Source: an uncultured Phycisphaerae bacterium (GTDB lineage: Bacteria; Planctomycetota; Phycisphaerae; UBA1845; DATKUK01). Taken from it: a stretch of DNA of 47,464 nt. How positions within the stretch are numbered: position 1 is the first letter of the stretch; the number at the start of each line of letters is the position of its first letter. The position numbers were made by a program, and so were the translations under genes. Positions 1-8,951 of the stretch are shown one piece after another. The notes beneath the pieces were generated by a model, which searched no databases, was not told where the DNA came from, and saw only the letters and a list, made by a program, of their open reading frames with translations. The stretch covers positions 1-47,464 of the forward strand of contig CBFCZG010000001.1 of the NCBI GenBank assembly GCA_965602375.1, in the 5' to 3' direction.

Positions 1-79
1 GTTGAGGCCGCAGCGACTGGATGAACCCCTCCTCATCCATGCTGCTCGATTCGCCCGAGATGATTCGTTCCCGCGCCAC
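1..79 (-). CDS. ruvB: Holliday junction helicase RuvB, N-terminal fragment only (gene runs off the left edge)
   Basis: Not in the ORF track because no stop lies in the window. Hand translation of the minus strand from GTG at 79 gives (M)ARERIISGESSSMDEEGFIQSLRPQ. There is an in-frame TGA at 85..83 just upstream and AGGTG 5 nt before the GTG. The ERI.S...LRP pattern is a typical RuvB N-terminus, and the position directly after ruvC-ruvA fits. Only 26 codons are visible; ATG at 40 is an alternative start. Confidence 0.5.
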   Translation of the reverse strand, partial: MARERIISGESSSMDEEGFIQSLRPQ

Positions 80-131
80 GCTTCACCTGTCTGCCAAAAC
101 CGACCACCGTGCGCCTACGCGCTCGCCGCCG

Positions 132-773
132 CTACCCCTCCGCCCCCGTCTTGACCCGGTAGGCCGCCTCCACCCACTGCTCCACCGTCTCCAGCTCCGC
201 GTGCAACTGCCCGGCCCGTTCGATCCATCGCTCCACGTCGGCCCGCGCATCGCCCCACTCGGTCAGAACCCTAATCGCCAATCGCTGCGGCTCGGTCCAG
301 CCCGGCCGGGGTTCCTGCAACCCAGCCTGGCCTACCGCCGCGCCGACCGCAAAGATCGCCACCTTGCCCTTGAGCTCGGCGATGATGGTCTCGGCAGCTC
401 GCTTGCCGATCCCCGGCAGCTGCGCCAGACGCACCGCGTCGCCCTCCTCGATCGCACCGGCCACCGCGGCCACCGGCTCGGCCAGCGCGCGCAACGCCTT
501 ACGAGTCCCCACACCCTTCACGCTAGTGAAACGACCGAAGAACGCCCGATCTTCCGGATGCAGAAACCCCACCAGGCGAGGAATCATATTGCCCCCAGCC
601 GCATTGCCCTCCAGGAATTGCAGCGTGTGCAAGGTCACCTGCTGCCCCCGACACGCCGCCAACTCGCCCACGGCGTAGCCCGGCACGAGCACCTCGTACC
701 CCACGCCGTCTCGCTCCAGAACGATTGCCCCCTCACCAACCTCCGCCACCGAGCCGGTCAGTCGCGCGATCAT
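132..773 (-). CDS. ruvA: Holliday junction DNA helicase subunit RuvA
   Basis: ORF 132..809, trimmed to the internal ATG giving MIARLTGSV..., a typical RuvA N-terminus. Helix-hairpin-helix motifs are present (FTSVKGVGTRKALRAL, LAQLPGIGKRAAETII). The ATG overlaps the ruvC stop as ATGA (770-773). Confidence 0.9.
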   Translation of the reverse strand: MIARLTGSVAEVGEGAIVLERDGVGYEVLVPGYAVGELAACRGQQVTLHTLQFLEGNAAGGNMIPRLVGFLHPEDRAFFGRFTSVKGVGTRKALRALAEPVAAVAGAIEEGDAVRLAQLPGIGKRAAETIIAELKGKVAIFAVGAAVGQAGLQEPRPGWTEPQRLAIRVLTEWGDARADVERWIERAGQLHAELETVEQWVEAAYRVKTGAEG

Positions 774-1258
774 CTCGCAGCCCTCCGCACCCGACGCTGC
801 GACGCACACAGCGCCACCGCCAAGGCGTCGGCCACATCCGCCGGCTCGGGAATGCGCGGCAGAGTCAGGGTACGCACAATCGCCCGCTGCATCTGCGTCT
901 TGCTCGCCTGCCCGTTGCCCGTCAGGCTTTTCTTGATCTCGGTGGCCGAGAAGCTCAACACCTTCACGTCGCGCCGTGCCGCCGACGCCAGGATCACACC
1001 CCTGGCGTGTCCCATCATGATGGCCGTCCGCGGATGTCGATAGTGCGAATACAACGCCTCCACCGCCATGAGTCCCGGCTTGTGCTCGCCCAGCAACTCC
1101 TCGATACCCTCGGCCAACTTCGCAAGACGACCTTCCAGCGACCCACCCGTCCCCGGTCGGATCACCCCCGCCTCAAGTACTCGCATCGATCCGTTTGCAG
1201 ACTCGAGTACCGCATAGCCGGTGATCTGCAAGCCCGGGTCGACGCCGCAAATTCGCAT
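770..1258 (-). CDS. ruvC: Crossover junction endodeoxyribonuclease RuvC
   Basis: ORF 770..1342, trimmed to MRICGVDPGLQITGYAVLE, the canonical RuvC start with the catalytic Asp. ALYSHYRHPRTAIMMGHARGV and the C-terminal PEPADVADALAVALC are family hallmarks. Confidence 0.9.
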   Translation of the reverse strand: MRICGVDPGLQITGYAVLESANGSMRVLEAGVIRPGTGGSLEGRLAKLAEGIEELLGEHKPGLMAVEALYSHYRHPRTAIMMGHARGVILASAARRDVKVLSFSATEIKKSLTGNGQASKTQMQRAIVRTLTLPRIPEPADVADALAVALCASQRRVRRAAR

Positions 1259-1295
1259 GTCGCACGTCCCCCGGCGATCTGGCGGCCGCACCCGA

Positions 1296-2777
1296 TCAGG
1301 TTCGACGCCACACCGTCCCGTCGGGCTTGTCCTCCAAGGCAACGCCCGCCTGAGCCAGCTCGTCTCGGATTCGGTCGGCCAACTCGAAGTTCTTCACCTT
1401 GCGAAGCTCCGCCCGCAGGCCAATCATGACCTGCATAATTGCGTCCAGGCTCTGTCCGCCGCCGGCCTCGGGGTACTCGTCTTTGACCACCCCCAGCGCG
1501 TCGCCGCCCAGCCGGCGCATCGCCTGATCCACCGCCGCCAACTCTGCCTGGCTTGCCCCGTCCGCAAGCAACTCGTTACCCGTACGGACCAGCTCGAACA
1601 CCGCCGCCAGTCCGCCCGCCGTGTTGAAGTCGTCGTCCATCGCCGCTTCAAGACGCTGCCTCGCCTCGGCCAGCGCTTCGCTGGTCTTCGGACGTACGTC
1701 ACCCGACCGAGCCGATCCCATCGCTTCGCGAACCGCGATCACCACGTCGCGAATCCGCTGATAGCCGCTTTCGGCAGCCACCAGCGCGTCACGGGAGAAG
1801 TCCTGAGGACTGCGATAGTGACTCGTCAGCACGAGCTGCCGCACGACCATCGGGTCGTATGCCTTGTCGAGCCGCTCGTGCTCACCCGAAAAGAGCTGCT
1901 TGAGCGTGATGAAGTTGCCCAGGCTCTTGCCCATCTTTTGCCCGTCGACCGTCACCATGTTGTTGTGCAGCCAATAGCGCACGAACGGGCAGTCGTTGGC
2001 CGCCTCCGACTGGGCGATCTCACACTCATGATGCGGAAACTGATTCTCCAAGCCCCCACCGTGGATGTCCACCGTCTCACCCAGGTACTTGCCGCTCATC
2101 ACCGAGCATTCGAGGTGCCAACCCGGATAGCCCTGCCCCCACGGACTCGCCCACTGCATGATGTGACCCGGCTCCGCGTTGCGCCACAGAAAAAAGTCGG
2201 CTGGATGACGTTTGTCCTCGTCCACGTCCACGCGGGCGCCCGCCTCCATCTCGTCCACCCGTCGACCGCTCAGCTTGCCGTATTCCTTGAATGTCGAAAT
2301 GTCGAATAACACCTTGCCGCCGACCGCGTAGGCGTGACCGTTCTCGATCAGCCTGGTGATCATCTCGATCTGCTCGGGAACGTGTCCGCTGGCGCGCGGC
2401 GAGATGTCCGGACGAACCACGTTCATCGCATCCATGTCGTCGAAATAGCTCTTGGTGAACAACTCCACCAGAGCCATCGGATGCAAACCGCGAGCCCGCG
2501 CTTCGGCGTCGATCTTGTCCTCGCCCTCGTCGGCCATCCCGGCTGTGTCTTCGGTCAGGTGCCCCACGTCCGTGATGTTCTGCACGTACAATACGTCGTA
2601 ACCGCGATACCGTAGATAACGCAGAATCACGTCGAAGCTCACGTAACTCTTGGCGTGCCCCAGATGCGGGTGCCCGTACACCGTCGGGCCGCATACGTAC
2701 ATGCCCACCCGAGGTGGCTTGATCGGCTCGAAGGCTTCCTTCCGCCCGCCAAGTGTGTTGTACACCTGCACCGCCAT
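1296..2777 (-). CDS. cysS: Cysteine--tRNA ligase
   Basis: Class I aaRS HIGH motif (HPHLGHAKS) and KMSKS motif (KMGKSLGNF), with a CysRS-like sequence throughout. The track start at 2783 is TTG; ATG at 2777 is preceded by GGAG with a 7-nt spacer, so I prefer 2777. Confidence 0.95.
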   Translation of the reverse strand: MAVQVYNTLGGRKEAFEPIKPPRVGMYVCGPTVYGHPHLGHAKSYVSFDVILRYLRYRGYDVLYVQNITDVGHLTEDTAGMADEGEDKIDAEARARGLHPMALVELFTKSYFDDMDAMNVVRPDISPRASGHVPEQIEMITRLIENGHAYAVGGKVLFDISTFKEYGKLSGRRVDEMEAGARVDVDEDKRHPADFFLWRNAEPGHIMQWASPWGQGYPGWHLECSVMSGKYLGETVDIHGGGLENQFPHHECEIAQSEAANDCPFVRYWLHNNMVTVDGQKMGKSLGNFITLKQLFSGEHERLDKAYDPMVVRQLVLTSHYRSPQDFSRDALVAAESGYQRIRDVVIAVREAMGSARSGDVRPKTSEALAEARQRLEAAMDDDFNTAGGLAAVFELVRTGNELLADGASQAELAAVDQAMRRLGGDALGVVKDEYPEAGGGQSLDAIMQVMIGLRAELRKVKNFELADRIRDELAQAGVALEDKPDGTVWRRT

Positions 2778-2808
2778 CTGCAAGCTCCTGATGCGTGCCC
2801 CGCCTGCC

Positions 2809-3300
2809 TTAAGGTCTCAACTTCGCCAGTCCGACGATCGCCATGGCCGCCATCGCGTCGCCGCTTCCCACCGGGCCTGTGCCCTCGTCCGTCTTGGCCT
2901 TGACGTTCACTTGCCCTGGTTCGACGCCCAACAATTCCGCAATCCTGTCGCGCATCGCCTGCTTATAGCCCGACAGTCTGGGTCGTTCCGCCCGGATCGT
3001 CAGGTCCGCGTTCACCACCCGCCAGCCGGCTCGCGCAGCCATGTCAGCTGCCTGCCTGGTCAACTCGCCGCTGTCGACGTCCTTGTACGTCGGATCGGTG
3101 TCCGGGAACGCCTCGCCGATGTCGCCCAGCCCCGCCGCCCCCAGCACCGCGTCGATCAACGCGTGCAGGGCCACGTCGGCGTCGCTGTGGCCCACCAGAC
3201 CCTCAGGCCAATCGATCACCACTCCCGCCAGCACCAGCCGGCGCCCGGCCGCCAGGCGATGCAGATCGTAGCCCAGTCCGACCCGCTCCACCTCCGGCAT
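2809..3300 (-). CDS. ispF: 2-C-methyl-D-erythritol 2,4-cyclodiphosphate synthase
   Basis: RVGLGYDLHRL...GHSDADVALHALIDAVLGAAGLGDIGEAFPDTDP is the IspF metal and substrate-binding signature. ATG at 3300 has GGAGG 4 nt upstream; ATG at 3330 is an alternative. Confidence 0.92.
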   Translation of the reverse strand: MPEVERVGLGYDLHRLAAGRRLVLAGVVIDWPEGLVGHSDADVALHALIDAVLGAAGLGDIGEAFPDTDPTYKDVDSGELTRQAADMAARAGWRVVNADLTIRAERPRLSGYKQAMRDRIAELLGVEPGQVNVKAKTDEGTGPVGSGDAMAAMAIVGLAKLRP

Positions 3301-3421
3301 AGGTCCTCCGCCGACCTCGAAAGTGTACATCGCCCGCCGTTTGCGACGCGCGCCACCGTAGCATATCGTTACCCAAAATCAAGGTGATCGCCTTCTCACC
3401 CTTCGGCACGGAGAACCGCTT

Positions 3422-4744
3422 GTGCGCGTCCTGGCCATCGACATCGGCTCCACCACCATCAAAGTTGCTCTCCTGCACAATCGCCGCCTCGTCGCGCCGG
3501 TCCTGTCGGCTCCCACGCCCGCCACCTACCACGGCGACCGCGCCGAGATCGACGCTACGCAACTTCTGGAACGGCTCATCCATCTCGTCGCACGATTTGC
3601 CGCCGGCAAGCGCCGCGCCGAGTGCATCGCCCACTGCTGCCTCTGCCCCGGGCTGGTTGGTCTCGATCGGCGAGGCCGACCCGTCACTCCGATTATCACC
3701 CATCAGGATCGTCGCAGTATCCCGCAGGCCCAATGGCTCCAGACACGCCTGTCGCGCGCGCAGTGGCTTCGCATCGCGGGTAACCTGCCCTTCCCCGGCG
3801 GCATCAGTTGCACGTCCATACTATGGCTCAAGGAAAACGCGCGCGACACGTTCCGCCGCATCCACACCTTCGGGCACGTGTCCACACTCGTCGGCGCGTT
3901 CATGACCGGCAGGCGCGTCATCGATTCGTCCAATGCGTCTTTCACCGGCCTATATGAAACGACCACGCTTGCGGGCTGGTCGGCCACTCTATGCCGCGCC
4001 GCGGATATCGATCCGCGATGCCTGCCCGAAGTCCGCCCCGCCCACGCCGAAGCCGGTAAGCTCACAGCCTCTGCGGCGCGGCGCATGCGACTGCCCGCCG
4101 GACTGCCCGTGCTCACCGGTATCACCGACACCAGCGCCGCCATCCTCGCCGCCCGCGCCGAAGTCGGACAGCTTTCGCACTCGATCGGCACCACCAACGT
4201 CATGACCGTGGTGACCGGCAAGCCGCATCCGCACGCCAAACGCCTAACCCGCGCCCTTGGCACGGAGCGCAAGTGGATGAGCGTCTGCACGCTCGCCGCC
4301 GGCGCCGCCACATTCGACTGGCTGCACCGCAACCTGTTCGCCGATTACTCGTCCCGCCGCTTCCACCAGTTGCTTAACCGACTCGCCAAGAACCCCATCC
4401 CCACGCAGGTCCGGTTCGAGCCCTACCTCGCCGGCGACCGCATGAGCATCACCCAGCGTCAGGCACGCATAGCCCAGCTCACGCTGGCCGCCACGCGAGA
4501 GCAGATCCTCCAAGCTGCGCTACACGCCGTGGCCCGTCAGACCGCCCAAAGCCTCAAACGCCTACACACGTTCGTCGATCCGGAGCGGCCCGTCATCGTG
4601 GTCGGCGGCGCCGCCCCGCTCGCCCGCGCACTGCACGCCCTCTGGCCGGGAACCCGGCGCTTCCGCACGCTCAGAAACGCCACACTGGTCGGCTTGGCCC
4701 GCTTGGCCGAGATGCAGCCCGAGCCTTCCGCGCCACCTGCCTGA
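3422..4744 (+). CDS. FGGY-family carbohydrate kinase (xylulokinase-like; substrate unknown)
   Basis: The N-terminal RVLAIDIGSTTIKVAL is an ASKHA/FGGY phosphate-1 motif. Later GTTNVM and VVGGAA segments fit the FGGY C-terminal domain. GTG start with GGAG 8 nt upstream. Confidence 0.8.
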   Translation: MRVLAIDIGSTTIKVALLHNRRLVAPVLSAPTPATYHGDRAEIDATQLLERLIHLVARFAAGKRRAECIAHCCLCPGLVGLDRRGRPVTPIITHQDRRSIPQAQWLQTRLSRAQWLRIAGNLPFPGGISCTSILWLKENARDTFRRIHTFGHVSTLVGAFMTGRRVIDSSNASFTGLYETTTLAGWSATLCRAADIDPRCLPEVRPAHAEAGKLTASAARRMRLPAGLPVLTGITDTSAAILAARAEVGQLSHSIGTTNVMTVVTGKPHPHAKRLTRALGTERKWMSVCTLAAGAATFDWLHRNLFADYSSRRFHQLLNRLAKNPIPTQVRFEPYLAGDRMSITQRQARIAQLTLAATREQILQAALHAVARQTAQSLKRLHTFVDPERPVIVVGGAAPLARALHALWPGTRRFRTLRNATLVGLARLAEMQPEPSAPPA

Positions 4745-4761
4745 ACCCATCACCCGGGCAT

Positions 4762-5643
4762 TCACTCGCTTTCATGCCCTATCCTCAATACCTCCCTGGC
4801 GTAGCGCACGCTGCGCTCGACCCCTTCCCGCTCGTGCCGCAACGAATCGGCCACCGATCCATGGGCGGCGAACGGCACCTCCAGCGTTATGTTCGTGCCC
4901 GTACGGGCATGCGTCCGGATCACCTCCAGCGCGCCGGCCAGGTCGATCTCGCCTTCCCCCAGCGCCACCCCCACGTTGAACGTTCTGCCCCTGGCCTGCA
5001 TCTGCTGACGGTCACTGAAATGCGTCGCCACGATGTGCCGGCCCACCAGCCGACACGCCTCAACCGGGTCGTCGCCCACCGCCAACGTGTTGCCCACGTC
5101 GAAGCAGACGCCCACCCGCTCGTGCCGCAGCTCGTCCATGATTCGTATCAGACCGTCGGCCCGGATGTCGCCGTGGTTTTCGATGGCGATCGTCACTTCC
5201 GCCCGGTCGGCCGCCTCCACGCACCGCCTGAGCTCGGTCACAGCCCGGCTCAACTTCGCCTGATGCGCTTCGGCGTCGCGCTCAAACTCACCTCCCACAA
5301 AGCATCGCATCACCTTGGCGCCCAGCCGTCGAGCGAGCGCAAGATTCTCCTTCACCACGTCGGTCCGGATCGTCCCCATGCTGTGCTCGACGTAGAGCCC
5401 GTGCTGTCTGACGAAGTCGGCGATCTTGTCGACCTCGTCGGTCGGCAGGTGGAACGGATCGATCTGCACCCCGTCCAACCCCAGTCGAGCAGCCTCTTCC
5501 AGGAACCACCACACGTCCACCGGATCGGGGTTCTCGAAGTCCGAGTGCTTCCCGAAGTGCAAATGATACATGTAGCTGTCGATGCCCAGCCTCATCGTCG
5601 AATGTCCCGCATGCATTGCCCCCATCGCCGTCCTTCCGCTCAT
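4762..5643 (-). CDS. Sugar phosphate isomerase/epimerase (xylose-isomerase-like TIM barrel)
   Basis: MRLGIDSY... start, IAIENH and CFDVGN metal-ligand style motifs of the AP endonuclease 2 / xylose isomerase-like TIM-barrel family. The start is ambiguous between 5643 and 5595 (MRLGID). Confidence 0.8.
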   Translation of the reverse strand: MSGRTAMGAMHAGHSTMRLGIDSYMYHLHFGKHSDFENPDPVDVWWFLEEAARLGLDGVQIDPFHLPTDEVDKIADFVRQHGLYVEHSMGTIRTDVVKENLALARRLGAKVMRCFVGGEFERDAEAHQAKLSRAVTELRRCVEAADRAEVTIAIENHGDIRADGLIRIMDELRHERVGVCFDVGNTLAVGDDPVEACRLVGRHIVATHFSDRQQMQARGRTFNVGVALGEGEIDLAGALEVIRTHARTGTNITLEVPFAAHGSVADSLRHEREGVERSVRYAREVLRIGHESE

Positions 5644-5787
5644 TGTCCCTCATAGCCGCCAATCACACCAGCCATGGCGACCGGCGCCGATGTGCCACCG
5701 CTGTTGACACACTGCCAGTAGTTACACGTGGGCGACAGCAAGGTCGAGAGCGGTGGGCCCCCAACCACTTGTCTGCAACCATAAGGC

Positions 5788-6555
5788 CTACGGACACAGC
5801 AAGCGGTCGGGCCGGATGGCCAGATCTGCGGCGACCTTCAGCGCCCAGTCGAGGTGGCCGACGTCTTCGGGCTTGTGGGCGTCGGAGCCGGTGGCGAACG
5901 TGCAGCCGGCGTCCAGGCATATCCGCAGCAGACCGGGTCGGGGCAAACGGCAGTGGTTGTTGATCTCGATGGCGGTGCCGGCTCTGGCGGCTTCGACGGC
6001 GATCTGCTGCATGTACAGCGCGGGGTAGTCCTCGGGCTCGTCGAGGAATTTGCGAGGTTGCTTGGTCGCGCCGAGGGCGTAGCCGATGTGCGCAATCACG
6101 TCGACCTGGGGGTTTCGGATTGCACCGACGGTCATCTTCATGGAGAGCGGCACGACCCGTTGGGCGGTGTAATCGTCCACAACGGGTTTCTGCCCGTCGT
6201 AGTGAATCGTGGGAAACCAGTGCACCGCCGCGATCACCAGGTCGCATTGCTCGATGAACAGGTCGGGCGCGGCCAGATTGCCGGCGAAATCGATGATCTC
6301 GATCTCGGCCCCGACCAGGACGCGCAGCCCGAACGTCTCGGCAGCCGAGGCGGCTTCATCGTTCATGCGCTTCAGCTTTTCGAGGCTGTCGTGCCAGACG
6401 TGCCCGGGCAACTCGGGGCAGTGGTTGGTGATCGCCAGGGCGGTCACGCCTCTGCGGGCCGCCGCTTCGACAGCCTGTGTGATGGTGCCCGAACCGTCGG
6501 ACGAGTGTTCGGTATGCGTGTGCAGGTCGCAGATGGGATTGGGGTTCTCGGTCAT
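5788..6555 (-). CDS. PHP-domain metal-dependent phosphoesterase (histidinol-phosphatase-like)
   Basis: N-terminal CDLHTHTEHSSDG (PHP motif I), internal ITNH and AHIGY, and C-terminal GSDAH (last PHP motif). Confidence 0.8.
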   Translation of the reverse strand: MTENPNPICDLHTHTEHSSDGSGTITQAVEAAARRGVTALAITNHCPELPGHVWHDSLEKLKRMNDEAASAAETFGLRVLVGAEIEIIDFAGNLAAPDLFIEQCDLVIAAVHWFPTIHYDGQKPVVDDYTAQRVVPLSMKMTVGAIRNPQVDVIAHIGYALGATKQPRKFLDEPEDYPALYMQQIAVEAARAGTAIEINNHCRLPRPGLLRICLDAGCTFATGSDAHKPEDVGHLDWALKVAADLAIRPDRLLCP

Positions 6556-6580
6556 GCGGTAGCCGGTAAGTAGCGATGGG

Positions 6581-7228
6581 CTACAGATCTTCCACCAATT
6601 TGCTGAGGCGAATGCCCAGCGCCGAGCTGACGCGAGCCAAGGTCCACATCGAAGGGGCGCTCTTGCCCAACTCCACCTGGGACAACTGTGAGGCGGTGAT
6701 GCTCGCCCGCTCCGAAAGCTGCTGTAGGGTCATCCGACGCTGCTGGCGATGGTTGCGAATGCGGTGGCCCACCAGTTCGATCAAGTCCTTCTCGCTGGAG
6801 TACACAAGCCCCATCTCGGCACAGAGGCGCCCCACGGCGTCGAGCAGTTGCTGCTCGGTGAAGGGCTTGGTGATGTAGTCGCGCCCGCCGGCCCGCATGG
6901 TCTCAGCGGCGGTGGCCACGTTGGGGTAGGCCGTCATCATGATCACGCCCATGTTCCTGTCGGCCTGGCGGAGCTGGCACAACAGATCGGTCCCGCTGAC
7001 GTGGGGCATCTTGATGTCGAGCAACACGATGTGGAAAGCGTTTCGTTTACAGGCTCTCAGGGCGGATTCGGCGGTAAGGCACGTCTTCACTTCGTAGCCG
7101 CTGCCCTCCAGGATCATGCGCACAGTGTCACAGACACTCTGGTCGTCATCGACCACCATCACCCGAATGCCTGGCCCCGTTTTGCTCAGCAAACCGCCTC
7201 TCTCTTTGGGCGACTCAACCATGCTCAA
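6581..7228 (-). CDS. Response regulator, receiver domain fused to an XRE-type helix-turn-helix
   Basis: The receiver is complete: VVDDD acidic pocket, phosphoacceptor in HIVLLDIKMP, T in IMMTA, K in ITKPF. The C-terminal LVGHRIRNHRQQRRMTLQQLSERASITASQLSQVELGKSAPSMWTLARVSSALGIRL is a Cro/C1 (XRE) HTH. Confidence 0.85.
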   Translation of the reverse strand: MSMVESPKERGGLLSKTGPGIRVMVVDDDQSVCDTVRMILEGSGYEVKTCLTAESALRACKRNAFHIVLLDIKMPHVSGTDLLCQLRQADRNMGVIMMTAYPNVATAAETMRAGGRDYITKPFTEQQLLDAVGRLCAEMGLVYSSEKDLIELVGHRIRNHRQQRRMTLQQLSERASITASQLSQVELGKSAPSMWTLARVSSALGIRLSKLVEDL

Positions 7229-7347
7229 ATCAAAAGCGACGTCGCGAACCAGATGCCTCGCCTATCGTTAACCCTAATACTATACTTGGCGTGCGACGCG
7301 CGGACAATGCGCCGCACATACGTGTTTGTCGGATTATAGGACGTTGA

Positions 7348-7809
7348 ATGACTCGTCATCATCTGGCTGTGGTCCGCAAGCAATATCTGGCGATGATCGT
7401 GAGCGGACAGAAACAAATCGAGTGCCGAATCCTCCGGCGGCGCCTCGTACCGTTTGGAGTGGTCGATGTGGGAGACCGGATTTGGTTTAAACAGCGTTGT
7501 GGCCCGATCTTAGCGACAGCGAAGGCGGCGCGGGTTCGATGGCAAACGCTCCACGGCCACCGGCAATTCGAGTCGATCCGGCGACGCTACGGCAGACAGA
7601 TCTGCGCCGAGCCAGGGTTCTGGCCGGCTGAAAACGGTGTGTGGTACGTGGGTCTGATCTGGCTGACGGAGGTGGAGGCATGCAGACCGATCTGGGTCAA
7701 AAAAAGCGACCGACGCGCCTGGGTGGTGCTCTTGGCACCACCGAAGCGCGCCAGGAGAGCAAAACTGCTTCGGGCGCCGAGGACTACTCGGCAGGAGACC
7801 ACCCCATGA
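7348..7809 (+). CDS. ASCH-domain protein
   Basis: LAVVRKQYLAMIVSGQKQIECRI...VGDRIWFK matches the ASCH (PUA-like beta-barrel) N-terminal pattern as I recall it. The stop overlaps the next gene's ATG as ATGA at 7806-7809. Confidence 0.6.
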   Translation: MTRHHLAVVRKQYLAMIVSGQKQIECRILRRRLVPFGVVDVGDRIWFKQRCGPILATAKAARVRWQTLHGHRQFESIRRRYGRQICAEPGFWPAENGVWYVGLIWLTEVEACRPIWVKKSDRRAWVVLLAPPKRARRAKLLRAPRTTRQETTP

Positions 7810-8939
7810 AACCAGCACGACGAACGCGGGGCACGGTTGAGCAAGTAAGGTCGGCCTTGGACGAGATCGCCCCGCCGCAGCTCGCCCAGGCGTGGGACAA
7901 CGTCGGGCTGCTGGCCGGAGATCCGAAAGCGGCGTGCACGGGTGTGCTGTTGTGCATCGACCTGACCGAGGCAGTGCTGGCCGAGACGCAGCGTCGCAAA
8001 ACGAACCTGATCGCCGCATACCATCCGCCCATCTTCAAGCCCGTCTCGCGCCTGCTGGCCCATAGCGACCAGCAGGAGAGCGTTGTGTTCGGCGCCATCG
8101 CCTGCGGCATCGCCGTGTATGCCATGCACACAGCGCTGGACGCCGCCGAGGGCGGCGCAAACGACGTGTTGGCCCGGCTTTGCGGGATGGTGGACGCCAA
8201 GCCTTTTGCCCCAGCCACGTCCGATCGCGATCGGTGCAAGGTCGTCGTATTTGTGCCGCCCGAGCACGCAGACGACGTGGCGGAAGCGGCTTTTGAGGCG
8301 GGCGGAGGGCTCATCGGCGACTACCGCTGCTGTAGCTTTCGGGCCGCTGGCGAGGGAACGTTCTTTGGCGGTGAGGGTGCTCGTCCTTCGGTGGGCCGGC
8401 CTGGACGCCTGGAGCGCGTCGGCGAGGTGCGGCTGGAGTTCGTTATTGCTACTGACCGTGTCGCGGAAGCCGTCGAGGCCGTGCGGGCTCGTCATCCCTA
8501 TGAGGAGCCGGCCATCGACGCCTACCCGCTCGAGCCTCTCACCCGACCGGTGGGGATGGGACGTGCGGGCAGGCTCACCCAGCCGACCTCGCTGAGGGAT
8601 CTGGCCAAGCGGCTTGCCCAGGCCACGGGGGCCGAGACGGTGCAGATTGTGGGCTCGCCAAGGCGCAAGGTGGCCAGCGCAGCGGTCTGTGTGGGTGCAG
8701 CCGGCCGTCTACCTCTGGAAAGCGAGGCCGCGCGATGCTGCGATGTCGTCGTGACGGGCGAAATCCGGCACCACGATGCGCTGGCCATGCAACGGGCCGG
8801 CATGGCGGCGATCGCCCTGGGGCACTGGGCGAGCGAGCGGCCGGCACTTGCGTCGGTGGCCAGACGACTACGAGGGCGACTGCCGGCTCTGCCGGTCCAT
8901 ATCAGCCGGGCTGACCACTGCCCCTTCCGCCGGCCGTAG
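7806..8939 (+). CDS. Nif3-family dinuclear metal centre protein (long YqfO-type form with PII-like insert)
   Basis: ORF 7641..8939, trimmed to the ATG giving MKPARRTRGTVEQVRSALDEIAPPQLAQAWDNVGLL. AYHPPIF and ALGHWASE are Nif3 metal-ligand motifs. The central KVVVFVPPEH...HPYEEPAIDAYPLE is the inserted ferredoxin/PII-like cap. Confidence 0.85.
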   Translation: MKPARRTRGTVEQVRSALDEIAPPQLAQAWDNVGLLAGDPKAACTGVLLCIDLTEAVLAETQRRKTNLIAAYHPPIFKPVSRLLAHSDQQESVVFGAIACGIAVYAMHTALDAAEGGANDVLARLCGMVDAKPFAPATSDRDRCKVVVFVPPEHADDVAEAAFEAGGGLIGDYRCCSFRAAGEGTFFGGEGARPSVGRPGRLERVGEVRLEFVIATDRVAEAVEAVRARHPYEEPAIDAYPLEPLTRPVGMGRAGRLTQPTSLRDLAKRLAQATGAETVQIVGSPRRKVASAAVCVGAAGRLPLESEAARCCDVVVTGEIRHHDALAMQRAGMAAIALGHWASERPALASVARRLRGRLPALPVHISRADHCPFRRP

Positions 8940-8951
8940 GCAGTTGAGGTC

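Noticed and set aside
21-1043. 340-aa plus-strand ORF
   Set aside because: It is antisense to ruvB, ruvA and ruvC, all recognisable on the minus strand.
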